Origin: an uncultured Gammaproteobacteria bacterium
Lineage (GTDB): Bacteria; Patescibacteriota; Microgenomatia; CAYQLK01
Direction of reading: 5' to 3'
Assembly: GCA_964404855.1 (NCBI GenBank)
Contig: CAYOLO010000001.1
Span: 94,245 to 158,244, forward strand
Length of the DNA: 64,000 bases
In this document: one piece after another, positions 46,620 to 57,873 of the stretch
Layout: every line of letters starts with the position of its first letter
How positions within the stretch are numbered: the first letter of the stretch is position 1
Translations under genes and position numbers: made by a program
Notes under the pieces: model-generated
Database searches by the model: none
Told to the model about the DNA's origin: nothing
What the model saw: only the letters and a program-made list of their open reading frames with translations

Positions 46620-47978
46620 TTAGTTACCACTGAATTGGTCAGAGACCTGTTTCCAGCCTTTGGCAAGAGTAATAATTGCCTTATCGATTGCGGACCTAGA
46701 AAGATTGGTGGTATTAGCCTCATCAACGACTTGAGCAAGATAATTAATATTGAGGTCGTTAATTCCATTGTCAAAAGTATTGGATGCGATTGGATAAGAT
46801 GTGGCCTTGACCATATCTTGAAGAACCGCACCAACGACCGGATTAGATATTACAGATTGTGCCAAATCAACTCGAGAGTACGGCTCCCCAAAGTCCCTTG
46901 TTTCTGCTTGATATGAATACATCTTTTGCTGACTTTCCGCTGAGGAAATAAATTTAAGAAATTTCCATGCTGCAGCTTGTTTATCCTCTGAAATTGCAGA
47001 ACTTACACCTTCAGACCAATAAGAGGCCCAGGCGACTTTGCGCCTGGTATCGGTAGTGAGCTGTGGAACAGTAGTGGCTCGAAAATTAAGATTCGGATTA
47101 GCGGCTTTTATTTCAAAATATTTCCATGAAGGAGCAAAATAAAATGCCAAACTCCCCTGCGAAAACATAACGGTTGATTTGGGCAATGTTTCGTCCCAAA
47201 TTTTTGATTGACGGAAGCTTGAATAAAAAATTACAGCATCTGTGGCTAAATTCTTACCGTCTGTAGAAATGCTTTTTTCCAAATCATTAAATTTGACTTG
47301 GTTTTGTGCCATAAGCAAACCTAAAATGTCTGAGAAGTGGTCGACATTACCGCTTGCGCCAAGCGCAACACCAGATGTTTTGATTCTAGCCTGATCATCA
47401 ATTACGGTAATTTGATTGGCCATAGTCCTTAGCTCTTCCCACGTTTGTGGTGGGGCAGAAAAACCAGCAGCTTTAAGCAGATCCTCATTGTAAAAAAGCG
47501 TAAGCCCATCAACCTCTAATGGGACACCAACGATACGATTACCAACAGTCAAGTCCTTAGAAGTAATTGGATAAAAAGTCTGCTGAAATTCTTTTGGAGT
47601 GTAAATTGTTTCTGGAACGGAAGCTAATTTTTGATTAAACATCGGCACCCAAGTATTGTGGAATCGAAATAAATCTGGTCCGGCCTCTGTACCAATAGAC
47701 GAAGACAGTCTTTCTCGGTAATTAGTTATGTTTTGCCTTGCGTAGTTAATAGTAATGTTGGGATTAATAGCGGTGAATTCATCAATAAGTGGCTGAATGA
47801 CTTGTTGATCTTCCCAAAGCCCCCAATAAGTGAGAGTAACTGGTCCGTCTTTTGTGTCAGAGCTACCAATAAACGGCAGTTTTGAACAAGCAGACAAAAA
47901 TATTGAAATAAAAAGTAAAAGGGACAGTTTTTTTATAGGCAGCATAAATAATCGATTAGTTAGCTTTAATGTTAGCAT
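46620..47978 (-). CDS. ABC transporter sugar-binding lipoprotein
   Basis: LSAC lipobox, LTYWG, GPDLF, LFYNEDL, PQTWEEL, AAWKFLKF. Confidence 0.9.
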   Translation of the reverse strand: MLTLKLTNRLFMLPIKKLSLLLFISIFLSACSKLPFIGSSDTKDGPVTLTYWGLWEDQQVIQPLIDEFTAINPNITINYARQNITNYRERLSSSIGTEAGPDLFRFHNTWVPMFNQKLASVPETIYTPKEFQQTFYPITSKDLTVGNRIVGVPLEVDGLTLFYNEDLLKAAGFSAPPQTWEELRTMANQITVIDDQARIKTSGVALGASGNVDHFSDILGLLMAQNQVKFNDLEKSISTDGKNLATDAVIFYSSFRQSKIWDETLPKSTVMFSQGSLAFYFAPSWKYFEIKAANPNLNFRATTVPQLTTDTRRKVAWASYWSEGVSSAISEDKQAAAWKFLKFISSAESQQKMYSYQAETRDFGEPYSRVDLAQSVISNPVVGAVLQDMVKATSYPIASNTFDNGINDLNINYLAQVVDEANTTNLSRSAIDKAIITLAKGWKQVSDQFSGN

Positions 47979-48056
47979 AATTTTCCTTAAATATGATGCA
48001 AAATTTGTGTAGTTGTTTTAGGCTACAATTATAGTTACTTGTTATGAACTGTTAAG

Positions 48057-49832
48057 GTGAAAAAAACGAAAGAAAAATCAAAAAAACCCTCCAATACTAA
48101 TCATTGGAAATTGTACTTTCTTGTGGTTTTTGTGGTGCTATTTTTATTTTTACCGATAATTGGCTACTGGTGGTATTTTTCTGACAAGGTTTATTTTGGC
48201 ATTACTTTTTTGGGTGAAAACTTAGGAGGTAAAACTTTTACTGAAGCTAAAATGATAGTCGATCAAAAATCGATTACAACGGTTAGTGAGAAAATTGAGA
48301 TTGTTTCTGACAAAAAATATAATTTGGCCTTAGCCGAAACTGGACTAACAATTGATACAAAGGCATCTACAGAAGCTGTAACGAGTGTTTTTCGAACGCG
48401 AAATATTTTGGCAAATATTACAGGGATGCTATCTGTGTTAAGAGATGAGGTTGAAGTTTTGCCGATAGTTGTCTGGAAAGATGATAATTTTAACCAGATT
48501 ATCAAAACAATTAATAATGAGAGTAGTTTTACTAAGGCCAAGTCGGCAGAATACCAAATTAATAGCGGAGAGGTAAATATTATTCCCAGTGTGAGTGGAT
48601 ATGTGATTGATGAAGATTTATTGAAGAACGAATTAGTCAACACAATTAAAGATAAAGAGTCGATAAAAGTTCCTCTTACTTTGGTTGAACCAGCTTACCG
48701 AACTATAAATGCCGAAGAATCTCTCGAGAAAGCAAAAGCTTTGGTCAATGTAGATATTTTATTAAAATATGACCTTACTACTTATAAGATTGATGGTGAA
48801 GATTTTGTGACTTGGGTAGTAATTTATAAAAATTCGGACAGTTATAAAATTGAACTAAACGGGGATAAATACTTAACTTTTTTTGAAAAAATAAGTAAAG
48901 GTATTGATCGCGAGGTTAAAAATCCGGTATTAAAAATTGAGGGAGATAGAGTTACGGAATTTGTCCCCCCAATGGATGGAAGAAAATTAGATAGCGTTGA
49001 AACCTTGGCCAAAATTACTCAGTCTATAAACAATTTAAAAAAGGATGAAAAATCAGTAAGCCTAGACTTGGTTGTAAGAGTGACGAAACCTGAAGATTTT
49101 GAAAATAATCAATATGGAATTAGAGAATTTTTGGCACGCGGAGTGTCGGATTTTAGTGGTTCATCATCAGGAAGAATCCATAATATTAAATTAGCCTCAT
49201 CGAGAATTAATGGATCTCTTGTGGCTCCTGGCGAAGAATTTTCTTTTAATAAAAGACTCGGTGATATTTCTCAAGCGACCGGATATCAAAGCGCTTATGT
49301 GATTGAGAACGGAAAGACGGTGCTTGGCGACGGGGGAGGAGTATGCCAAGTATCAACAACGGCTTTTAGAGCAGCACTAAATGCTGGACTAGAGATTACA
49401 GCCAGATCGCCTCATGCGTACAGAGTCAGTTACTACGAAAAACTAGGTTTTAAGCCCGGACTGGACGCAGCGATTTATTATCCAAATTTGGATTTTCGCT
49501 TTAAAAACAACACTCCAAAACATATTCTAATTAGCGCTTATGTGGTGGGTACGAGATTAACTTTTGATATTTATGGAACATCGGATGAGAGACAAGTTAC
49601 TATTTCTGAACCAGTTGTAACCAATATAAAACCAGCTCCCGAGCCAAGATATCAAGATGACCCTTCCTTACCACGAGGAACAACAAAACAGGTTGATTTT
49701 GCCGCAAGTGGGGCTACAAGTAAGTTTAATCAAACAGTCGTAAGAGATGGTGAAACTATTATTAATAAACAGTTTACGTCTGTATTCCGACCTTGGCAGG
49801 CGGTATTTTTAGTTGGCACTAAAGATAATTAA
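48057..49832 (+). CDS. VanW family protein with PG-binding repeats
   Basis: R.HNI.LA, PGEEFSFN, GGGVCQVSTT, DFRFKN. Confidence 0.92.
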   Translation: MKKTKEKSKKPSNTNHWKLYFLVVFVVLFLFLPIIGYWWYFSDKVYFGITFLGENLGGKTFTEAKMIVDQKSITTVSEKIEIVSDKKYNLALAETGLTIDTKASTEAVTSVFRTRNILANITGMLSVLRDEVEVLPIVVWKDDNFNQIIKTINNESSFTKAKSAEYQINSGEVNIIPSVSGYVIDEDLLKNELVNTIKDKESIKVPLTLVEPAYRTINAEESLEKAKALVNVDILLKYDLTTYKIDGEDFVTWVVIYKNSDSYKIELNGDKYLTFFEKISKGIDREVKNPVLKIEGDRVTEFVPPMDGRKLDSVETLAKITQSINNLKKDEKSVSLDLVVRVTKPEDFENNQYGIREFLARGVSDFSGSSSGRIHNIKLASSRINGSLVAPGEEFSFNKRLGDISQATGYQSAYVIENGKTVLGDGGGVCQVSTTAFRAALNAGLEITARSPHAYRVSYYEKLGFKPGLDAAIYYPNLDFRFKNNTPKHILISAYVVGTRLTFDIYGTSDERQVTISEPVVTNIKPAPEPRYQDDPSLPRGTTKQVDFAASGATSKFNQTVVRDGETIINKQFTSVFRPWQAVFLVGTKDN

Positions 49833-49883
49833 TTACTAAGTTTTAAATACTTTTTTGACTGTTAGGATTATAATTCTAGGCAA

Positions 49884-50435
49884 ATGAAAAAAGATTTAAG
49901 TATATTGTTTGGACTATTTGCGATTGTTGCAGCGGTGATTATTTATCAAGGAGCGTCAGGTGGAGCCTTTTTGCCTAACTCAAAAATAACAACATCAGAC
50001 GAAGCAAATGTGACACCTGTTAATAATCAAACTAAAATTACAACTAATACAAATAGTAATTTGCAGTCGACTCAAGTAAAAATTCTGAGGTTAAAAGTGA
50101 ATGCTGAGGTGGCGAGTGATGCTAATAGTCGAGCAATAGGACTAGGAGGAAGAGAAAGCTTGGTAAAAGACGCAGGAATGCTTTTTGTGTTTGATTCTGA
50201 GGCTAAACATAGTTTTTGGATGAAGAATGTTAAGTTCCCGTTAGATATTATTTGGCTGGATAAAAACAAAAAGGTTGTTCATTTTGTAAAAAATGCTCAG
50301 CCAGACACTGGTAGCGCATTGGAGATATATACCCCACCAAAAAAAGCTTATTATGTTTTGGAAGTAAATGGCGGAATGATTGACGAGTTTGGACTGGCTC
50401 TTGGCAATAAAGCGACTTTTGAGATTAAAAAATAG
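49884..50435 (+). CDS. DUF192 family protein
   Basis: GLGGRE, GMLFVF, FWMKN..FPLDIIW, YVLEVNGG. Confidence 0.92.
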   Translation: MKKDLSILFGLFAIVAAVIIYQGASGGAFLPNSKITTSDEANVTPVNNQTKITTNTNSNLQSTQVKILRLKVNAEVASDANSRAIGLGGRESLVKDAGMLFVFDSEAKHSFWMKNVKFPLDIIWLDKNKKVVHFVKNAQPDTGSALEIYTPPKKAYYVLEVNGGMIDEFGLALGNKATFEIKK

Positions 50436-50481
50436 TTTTTAAGACTTGGAAAGTTAACCTTAAGCTGATACCTTACATACA

Positions 50482-51468
50482 ATGAAAATCCTAGGCATAG
50501 AAACTAGTTGCGATGAAACAAGTGCTGCTGTTGTAGAGAATGGAGTAAAAGTATTGTCACTCACAACACTGTCATCATTAAAAAAGCAAATTAAATGGGG
50601 TGGGATTGTTCCAGAAGTTGCAGCCAGAGAACAAGTTGAAGCAATTATTCCGGTTATTGAACTTAGTTTGAGTCAAGCAAATCTCAAAATTGAAGACATT
50701 GATGGAATTGCAGTTACTAATGGTCCAGGACTATTGGGGTCATTGTTGGTCGGCGTTGAGTCAGCCAAGACCATTGCGATGGTAAATAATTTGCCTATTA
50801 TGGGTGTCGATCATATGAAAGGCCACACATATGCATCTTTTTTGGAAACCGAAAGACCTCCAGTCTTCCCTTTTGTGGCACTACTGGTTTCTGGGGGGCA
50901 CACTCAAATTGTGAGCTGCAGAAAACATGACGACATAAAAATTATTGGCGAGACAAGAGATGATTCTATTGGTGAAGCATTTGATAAGGTTGCAAGACTA
51001 ATTGGATTACCCTACCCAGGCGGGCCAGAAATATCAAAACTAGCTAAAACAGTCACAAAAACTAACTTAAAACTTTCAAGACCAATGTTAAATAGTGGTG
51101 ATTTTGACTTTTCTTTTTCAGGAATAAAAACCGAGGTGGCGCGCATTGTTGAGGAAGGAAACTTTTCAAAAGCTGAAATTGCGTATGAATTTGAAGAGGC
51201 TGTAACTGATGTTGTCGTAAAAAAACTAAAAAAAGCGAGCGATAAATATAAAATTTCAAATATTGTGACTGGCGGTGGCGTGGCTGCCAATGAAAAACTA
51301 AGAGAAAAAGTCAAAAGTGTTTTTTCAAATGTTTATGAGACTGAACCAAAATATTGTACCGATAACGGGGCGATGATTGCTGCTTATGCCTATTTTAATT
51401 GGAAACCTGTTAACTACCTAGATATCAAGGCTGATCCAAGCCTTAATTTGGAATATGAGAATGTATAG
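50482..51468 (+). CDS. tsaD: tRNA t6A threonylcarbamoyltransferase TsaD
   Basis: ILGIETSCDET, GPGL, H..GH, VSGGHT, GEAFDK, TDNGAMIA. Confidence 0.97.
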   Translation: MKILGIETSCDETSAAVVENGVKVLSLTTLSSLKKQIKWGGIVPEVAAREQVEAIIPVIELSLSQANLKIEDIDGIAVTNGPGLLGSLLVGVESAKTIAMVNNLPIMGVDHMKGHTYASFLETERPPVFPFVALLVSGGHTQIVSCRKHDDIKIIGETRDDSIGEAFDKVARLIGLPYPGGPEISKLAKTVTKTNLKLSRPMLNSGDFDFSFSGIKTEVARIVEEGNFSKAEIAYEFEEAVTDVVVKKLKKASDKYKISNIVTGGGVAANEKLREKVKSVFSNVYETEPKYCTDNGAMIAAYAYFNWKPVNYLDIKADPSLNLEYENV

Positions 51469-51544
51469 AGTTTTTATGCTATTTAAAGCAAATTAATGTA
51501 AAATTCGGAATAAATTATAAATGGTTTAAGGATGAATTTTAAAA

Positions 51545-53692
51545 ATGGAAAAAATCTACGAACATAAGGAAATTGAATCAAAAATATATAAAGATTGGGA
51601 AGAGTCTGGATATTTTAAGCCCGAGACAAATAAAGGTGAGCCTTTTACGATTATCATGCCACCGCCTAATGCCAATGGTTTTATTCATATTGGCCATGCT
51701 CGCGGTAATGTAATTCAAGATATTATGGTGCGCTTTGAAAGAATGCGTGGTAAACGAGCTTTTATATTGCCTGGAGCTGACCATGCAGGAATTCAAACTC
51801 AAGTTGTTTATGAAAGAGAACTAGCTAAAAAAGATTTAAGTAGACACAAGCTGGGCAGAGAGGAATTTTTTAAACAGGTATATGAATTTAGTATCAATAA
51901 TCGTGACAACATGGAAAACCAGATTAGACACTTGGGTATTAGTTGTGACTGGAGCCGTAAAAAGTTTACCTTGGAGCCCGATGTAACAAAAACAGTTTAT
52001 GAGACATTCGTTGAGATGTATGAAGATGGCCTTATTTACCGGGGAGAAAGATTAATTAATTGGTGTTTTAGGTGCGCAACCGCATTGTCGGATTTGGAGG
52101 TTGAACACGAGGAAAAAGTAGACAATCTTTATTACATTAAGTACGAAGTGGTTGACCCTAAAGAAGATGAGCCAAAATATCTAATAGTGGCAACTGTTAG
52201 ACCCGAACCAATAATGATTGATACACATCTGGCGGTAAATCCAAAGGATAAACTGAGGAAAAAATGGATTGGACGAAAAGTTAAAAATCCCATTACGGGC
52301 ATGGAAATGGAAATAATTGGAGATAGCTTTGTTGACTTAAAATTTGGTACAGGAATTGTAAAACTAACACCTGGGCACGACAAAAATGACTATGAGGTCG
52401 CTCAGAAAAATAATTTACCGATTGTAAGCGCTATTGGTCAGGACGGAAAAATGAATAAAAATGCCGGCAAATACGCAGGCATGAAACTTTTGGAGGCAAG
52501 AAGCGAAATGGTAACCGACCTAGTTAGGCTTGGTTTGATTGAAAAAATTGATGAAAAATATACTCACAGTGTTGGTGTTTGTGAACGATGTAAATCAGTA
52601 GTGGAACAATTAATTTCCACGCAGTGGTTCGTGGCGGTCAATAAAAAAGGCGAAAAGTCTGGCAAGGTATTTGCAAAAGATGCTTTAGAAGCGGTTAATA
52701 AGGGTGAAATTAAGTTCATTCAAGCTAGGCAAGAAAAAATATTTAAACACTGGATGAATAATATTCATGACTGGTGTATTAGCAGACAAATATGGTGGGG
52801 CCACCAAATACCAGTATGGTATTGCCAAAAATGTAAAAATGATTCCCCTATCGTTTCTGCAAGTGCGCCTGAAGTGTGCCCAGTCTGCCACGGAAAAGAC
52901 TTAATACAAGACTCAGACACACTTGATACTTGGTTCTCTTCTGGCCAATGGCCTTACTCTACTTTGGGTTTCCCAAAATCTAGTGATTATAACCAGTTTT
53001 ATCCAACTGCTGTTATGGAAACGGCGTACGATATTATCTTCTTTTGGGTGGCAAGAATGATTATGTTTGGTGTCTACAGAACAAACAAAGCACCTTTTAA
53101 AGAAGTTTATTTTCATGGAATAGTAAGAGACGATAAGGGACAAAAAATGAGTAAATCAAAAGGTAATGTGATTAGTCCAATTGATGTCGCTGAACTGTAT
53201 GGAGCCGACGCGGTGCGACTATCATTAATCTATGGATCTAATGCTGATAATGATCTAAACCTAGGTATGGATAAAATCAGAGGCATGAGGAACTTTACAA
53301 ACAAAATATGGAACGCTTCAAGGTTCGTATTAGATTTTTACGAAGGCAGTAATCATTCAAACGGCAAGGTGCCTAAAAAAGAAGAATTTAATCAGGAAAT
53401 TTTAGACAAACTAGACGAGCTAGTTATGAGTACGACAAATAATTACGAAAAACGTAATTTTACAGCTGCAATAAACGATTTGTATGAGTTTTTTTGGCAC
53501 TATTTCTGCGATAAATACCTAGAATTAGCAAAACCTGAACGAGAAAAATTTCAACCAACTCTGGAGTATGTTTTAGGTGCTCAGCTAAAATTATTACACC
53601 CAATTACTCCTTTTATAACGGAAGAAATTTGGAGTAAACTCCCCTACTCTTCAACTAAAATTATTATTACACCATGGCAAAACGAAAAATAA
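51545..53692 (+). CDS. valS: Valine--tRNA ligase (no C-terminal coiled-coil arm)
   Basis: PPPN...HIGH, DHAGI, DWCISRQIWWGH, DTWFSS, KMSKS. Confidence 0.97.
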   Translation: MEKIYEHKEIESKIYKDWEESGYFKPETNKGEPFTIIMPPPNANGFIHIGHARGNVIQDIMVRFERMRGKRAFILPGADHAGIQTQVVYERELAKKDLSRHKLGREEFFKQVYEFSINNRDNMENQIRHLGISCDWSRKKFTLEPDVTKTVYETFVEMYEDGLIYRGERLINWCFRCATALSDLEVEHEEKVDNLYYIKYEVVDPKEDEPKYLIVATVRPEPIMIDTHLAVNPKDKLRKKWIGRKVKNPITGMEMEIIGDSFVDLKFGTGIVKLTPGHDKNDYEVAQKNNLPIVSAIGQDGKMNKNAGKYAGMKLLEARSEMVTDLVRLGLIEKIDEKYTHSVGVCERCKSVVEQLISTQWFVAVNKKGEKSGKVFAKDALEAVNKGEIKFIQARQEKIFKHWMNNIHDWCISRQIWWGHQIPVWYCQKCKNDSPIVSASAPEVCPVCHGKDLIQDSDTLDTWFSSGQWPYSTLGFPKSSDYNQFYPTAVMETAYDIIFFWVARMIMFGVYRTNKAPFKEVYFHGIVRDDKGQKMSKSKGNVISPIDVAELYGADAVRLSLIYGSNADNDLNLGMDKIRGMRNFTNKIWNASRFVLDFYEGSNHSNGKVPKKEEFNQEILDKLDELVMSTTNNYEKRNFTAAINDLYEFFWHYFCDKYLELAKPEREKFQPTLEYVLGAQLKLLHPITPFITEEIWSKLPYSSTKIIITPWQNEK

Positions 53693-54222
53693 AAAAATCC
53701 CCGCATTATTTACCTCATATTCCCCGCATTTATTCCCGCATAATTATTCTGCTTATTTTTTTGTTTTTAGCTTCGCTTTTGATTGAAAAAGGCAAAACCT
53801 ACAGTTCAGTTAGTAATGAAAATATTGCAGATATTTATGAAAAAATTAAAGAAAGACCTAATTCTGAAATATTACACTATAAGCTAGCAAAAGCACTTCA
53901 AAAGAATGGTAACTTTGAGGAATCAGTTCGTGAATTTTTAATCGCGAAAGAGTTAGGCGTACCCACAAGTTTGATTAACGACGCCTTGATTCAAATTCAA
54001 GATTCAAAAGTTTCGTACGTGAAAATTACAAGCGATTTGGAGAGATGGAAAAAAATTGTGGAGGATAAACCAGACTATCGGGATGGCTGGTATCAAATTG
54101 CACTACTTCAATGGAGACTTTCAGATAGTATTGCTGCAAAAAATTCACTAATAAAAGCACTTGAACTTGACCCAAATTATAAACCAGCTAAGGATTTTTA
54201 CAGCTTTTTGGCTAGTTCTTAA
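53674..54222 (+). CDS. Membrane-anchored TPR protein
   Basis: TM helix, then TPR-like repeats (ALELDPNY). Confidence 0.75.
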   Translation: MAKRKIKKSPHYLPHIPRIYSRIIILLIFLFLASLLIEKGKTYSSVSNENIADIYEKIKERPNSEILHYKLAKALQKNGNFEESVREFLIAKELGVPTSLINDALIQIQDSKVSYVKITSDLERWKKIVEDKPDYRDGWYQIALLQWRLSDSIAAKNSLIKALELDPNYKPAKDFYSFLASS

Positions 54223-54232
54223 AATAAAGAAC

Positions 54233-54919
54233 TTAGTTTTCTTGTGAGGAGTCTGAGCCTTCTTCTGTGGCTGGTGCCTCTTCTTCTGCCTGTGCACCCT
54301 CCTGAGACTCATTAGCTGCTTCAGATTCGGCTTCGGCTTCGGCTTCCGCGGCTTCCATTTCTTTGGTCACAAACTCACCAATTGAAGCAACAACAAGCTC
54401 TGCATCAGATAATATCTCAATCTTGTCAGAGAGTTTAATGTCACCAATTGTGATGGTATCCCCTACTGCTTTTAGATTTTCTATATTAACTTCGATTTTT
54501 TCTGGAAGGTCAGCTGGAAGGGCTTCGACTTCTACCTCTGAAACAGGGGTTAGAAGAAGTCCGACTTTTGTTTCAACAGCTTCTGATTCGCCGATTATTT
54601 CAACAGGTACTTGAACTTTAACTTTTTCAGAAAGATTAACCTTGTAAAAATCAACATGAAGAATCTTTAAGGTAACTGGGTCAAGATGCAGACCTTTGAC
54701 TAATACAGGATATTCCTTACTGCCAACTTTTAAGGAAATAACCGAGGTTTCACCAGCTTTGTGAAATATAGATTTAAATTCTTTTTCGTCAACTGAAATA
54801 TTCTCTGATTTGATTTCGTGTCCAAAGACGTGCGCAGGCACAATGCCTTTTGCTCTAAGGGTTTTAACCTTACGGCCAGTTATTTCTCTAGCTTGTGACT
54901 CAAGTGTTATTTTGTCCAT
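54233..54919 (-). CDS. rplY: 50S ribosomal protein L25/Ctc
   Basis: LRAKGIVPA..FG, ILHVDF, LPADLPEKIEV, acidic tail. Confidence 0.95.
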   Translation of the reverse strand: MDKITLESQAREITGRKVKTLRAKGIVPAHVFGHEIKSENISVDEKEFKSIFHKAGETSVISLKVGSKEYPVLVKGLHLDPVTLKILHVDFYKVNLSEKVKVQVPVEIIGESEAVETKVGLLLTPVSEVEVEALPADLPEKIEVNIENLKAVGDTITIGDIKLSDKIEILSDAELVVASIGEFVTKEMEAAEAEAEAESEAANESQEGAQAEEEAPATEEGSDSSQEN

Positions 54920-55011
54920 AGTAATTAATTATAATCGTAATTTACTCTAATGAATAAATTATAATCGACGCAGAAGTATAATGTTAAAGAAGTTTTATTG
55001 TCAAGATAATT

Positions 55012-57762
55012 TTACCTTCGGGTTTGAAACTCTAAGGAAAGAGACGTGTCTGTAGTCGTTGAAAAAATAGCTTTTTGATCTGAATAGACTAAGTTATTAG
55101 TTGTCGCACTAAGACTAATAAAGTCTGGGTGGTTAAATTCGTAATTAAATTCAATACCGTAAGTACCAGCTTGTTTTTGGTAGTAGAAAAAGTAATCTGA
55201 AGCTTTTTCTGAGAGATTAATACCTTTTGGCTGAGTGTACTCAAACTCAATTGTTTTAGAGCTGCTAAATGGCACATCAAGGTTGCCTGCAAAAAAGGTT
55301 AACTTACCATCATCAAAAGATCCAAATTGACTTGTATAGTTAGCACCATCAATTGAAACCTTTTCTAGCTTCGAACCCCTAGGAACAAAAACCCTAAGAT
55401 AGTTTTTGTAGTCCCCTGCTGGCCAACTATTATTTGGAGATGAATTTTTATAGACAATATTTACACGTGAAAGAAGATTGCCGTTTTTATCTAAATTGAG
55501 AGAATAATTGATTTTTTTGCCTAGAAAAGCGTTTGATTTGTTAGCACCCAGATTGGCATCAACGACCATTAGATAATCATTTATTTTGCCTGTTTTTTCG
55601 GAATAATTACGGCCCGGAACCTCGCCAGTTAACCCAAGGATATCCAGAGCGTTTTGGATGGATTGATCTTCAAAAACGACTTGCATACTTTGTTTGGTCA
55701 ACGACTGATCAATTGCTAAAAGAAACTGAGGTTCGAGATATTTTTTTTCTGTGATGATTTCACTAATTAATTCCCTAGAAAGCGCTGAGAAGAAGTTTTT
55801 TTTCTGCCTAGAACCAGGGAAAAAGTTTACCTCAGAGTATTTTTGGCCAAGTTCGGCAATGTTTTCTGAGGAAACTGTCTCGTTGTAATCTTTTAATTCA
55901 ACTGGTCCTGTAAAATTTAAAACGGCTTTTATAAACTCCAAATCTACAGCGATTACCCCATCGATTTTTTCACCTGTTTCTTTAAAATAAAATTCTTTTA
56001 TGACTGGATAATTGTTTTTGAAATCCGGATCCCAGTTTGCGTCCCTAAGATACCAACTATCGACACCGAGAGCGTCAACAAATGGTGCAGGAGCAGGAAT
56101 TTTTTGCTTGAGCTGCCCATCAATATCGTAAATATCGCCGACTTTTAAGGAAGAAAATTTTCCGCTTATAAAATCAACAGTTGAATAAGAACCAATAAAT
56201 CCCCCACCGGGCCTAAGCTCGTTATTGTTTAAATTAAGAATTAAATATTTCTTATCATCATCTGTGCCGATAAGCTGAGGAATAAGTGGTGCGATAAAAG
56301 TGGCTCTTTGAGATATTTGATAAAGATTTTTGATTTTTTCTTGATAACTAATAATTTTGTCTGCCCCAAATATATGACTTAGTTTTTGAGACTCTAGGTA
56401 TGACAATTGGAGATTATTAGAAATATCAGCAATTTTGACTGAAATATTATTGATTTCTGATTTGAAGATATTACTTTCCTTGCCTTCAAGGGTAATTTGT
56501 AGTTCAGAGGACAACTTGGCAACATATATACCAGACTCAAAAGCCTGAGTTAAATACAAACCACTATTACTAAAGTGGTTAATGTCCCCCATCAATGGAA
56601 TTGTGTCTGAAACACCAGGAAGAATATTAATTATGCCGTAGACGGTTAAATTACGATTGAATTTGGTTTGAGAAAATTTAACTCTTTGTAAGGCCTCATC
56701 ATATTTTGAATCTTGAACTTTGGACCTTGCAATCTCTAGATCGTAAATTGCGGAAAGCGAATTAAGAATAATAAATAAAATAGGGGTCAAAATTATAGAA
56801 ATCAAACCTATAGTTAAGTAAATATAATACTTTTTAAATTTTGTTTTTTTTACTTTTTTATATTTTTTATCATGCTTTAAGGAGGAAACAGATAGATTGG
56901 AAATCGTTTGAATAAAAGAGCTTTTTGGTGACCAATTTATTTTGTCTGAACTTTTTTCAATATCACGAGTGTTGTTTTTTATGGTTGGCACAACCTCTGT
57001 GCTGTTAATGCCTATTTTAAGGTTAATTAAAAATGACTTACGAAATTCATCTTTTATTGTTTTGGCAAGGGAACTAATTGAGATTTGGGTTGGATTTAAT
57101 ATTGTTAAGGTTCGGCCGTTTTTAAAGCTCATTATTGATCTGATAATGCCAAAACTAACATCGTCAATGTGTGTAGGGTGAATATATTCAACGTGATTAC
57201 TTGGCAATAAAATTGATTTTTTTTCTACGGCTTGCCCAACAAAATAATCAATAAGGCTTTTTTGGTTTTGATAATTTTCAGAATAAATTTGGCTAATTTT
57301 AATTACTGAACCTTTGATTTTTTTGTCTTTAATAAGTCGTGTTGTTTTTTCGATTGGATAGACAGAATCATAATTAGTTGAGGTTAAATATTTATATTTT
57401 TTGGGAAAAATTACGGAATTTCCGCGTTTTTCTAATTCGAGAAATGGATCAATGTTTACGACAAGGGATAGTGGTTTACGAATTATTTGAGCAAGATCTA
57501 AAAACTCATCAAATAAACGCTTATTATCTTCGCCATTTTTTATTTTGTTATCGAAATTGTAGATAAACAATAAATGAAAAGGGTGGAACATTGCACGTGG
57601 TTGGGTATTTTGAAAATCTACAACATCATAACCAGTGTCTAATAATTTGTTGAAGACCTTTTCTTTTAATTCAGATTCAGGACCTGCAATTAAAATTTTG
57701 TTTTGGTTGTGAATATTTGAATTAGGCATTGAGGGCAAGTTTAAAAGAATCTTCTCTAACAA
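55012..57762 (-). CDS. DUF4012 domain protein with an N-terminal degenerate epimerase/SDR-like region
   Basis: YLIL..NNNELRPGGGFIGSY, LRDANWDPDF, N.GANKSN, YKNYLRVFVP.GS. Confidence 0.85.
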   Translation of the reverse strand: MLEKILLNLPSMPNSNIHNQNKILIAGPESELKEKVFNKLLDTGYDVVDFQNTQPRAMFHPFHLLFIYNFDNKIKNGEDNKRLFDEFLDLAQIIRKPLSLVVNIDPFLELEKRGNSVIFPKKYKYLTSTNYDSVYPIEKTTRLIKDKKIKGSVIKISQIYSENYQNQKSLIDYFVGQAVEKKSILLPSNHVEYIHPTHIDDVSFGIIRSIMSFKNGRTLTILNPTQISISSLAKTIKDEFRKSFLINLKIGINSTEVVPTIKNNTRDIEKSSDKINWSPKSSFIQTISNLSVSSLKHDKKYKKVKKTKFKKYYIYLTIGLISIILTPILFIILNSLSAIYDLEIARSKVQDSKYDEALQRVKFSQTKFNRNLTVYGIINILPGVSDTIPLMGDINHFSNSGLYLTQAFESGIYVAKLSSELQITLEGKESNIFKSEINNISVKIADISNNLQLSYLESQKLSHIFGADKIISYQEKIKNLYQISQRATFIAPLIPQLIGTDDDKKYLILNLNNNELRPGGGFIGSYSTVDFISGKFSSLKVGDIYDIDGQLKQKIPAPAPFVDALGVDSWYLRDANWDPDFKNNYPVIKEFYFKETGEKIDGVIAVDLEFIKAVLNFTGPVELKDYNETVSSENIAELGQKYSEVNFFPGSRQKKNFFSALSRELISEIITEKKYLEPQFLLAIDQSLTKQSMQVVFEDQSIQNALDILGLTGEVPGRNYSEKTGKINDYLMVVDANLGANKSNAFLGKKINYSLNLDKNGNLLSRVNIVYKNSSPNNSWPAGDYKNYLRVFVPRGSKLEKVSIDGANYTSQFGSFDDGKLTFFAGNLDVPFSSSKTIEFEYTQPKGINLSEKASDYFFYYQKQAGTYGIEFNYEFNHPDFISLSATTNNLVYSDQKAIFSTTTDTSLSLEFQTRR

Positions 57763-57873
57763 TCAATTTGGAAGTTATCAACAGAAGTAGATTTTGAACT
57801 ATAACGATGTGAAAACTTAGCTATAAGATCAAGCCGTGTTTATGTCACAAATTATTTTGATAAGTAGAGGAGA

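Noticed and set aside
51545-53692. Truncated ValRS as a pseudogene
   Set aside because: All catalytic motifs are intact and the frame is uninterrupted; loss of the C-terminal arm fits a reduced genome
53698-53744. Three CCCGCAT motifs at the start of the TPR gene
   Set aside because: Short, irregularly spaced and within coding sequence; no evidence of a separate function
54325-54355. TTCGGC tandem repeat
   Set aside because: Encodes the EAEAEA acidic tail of L25
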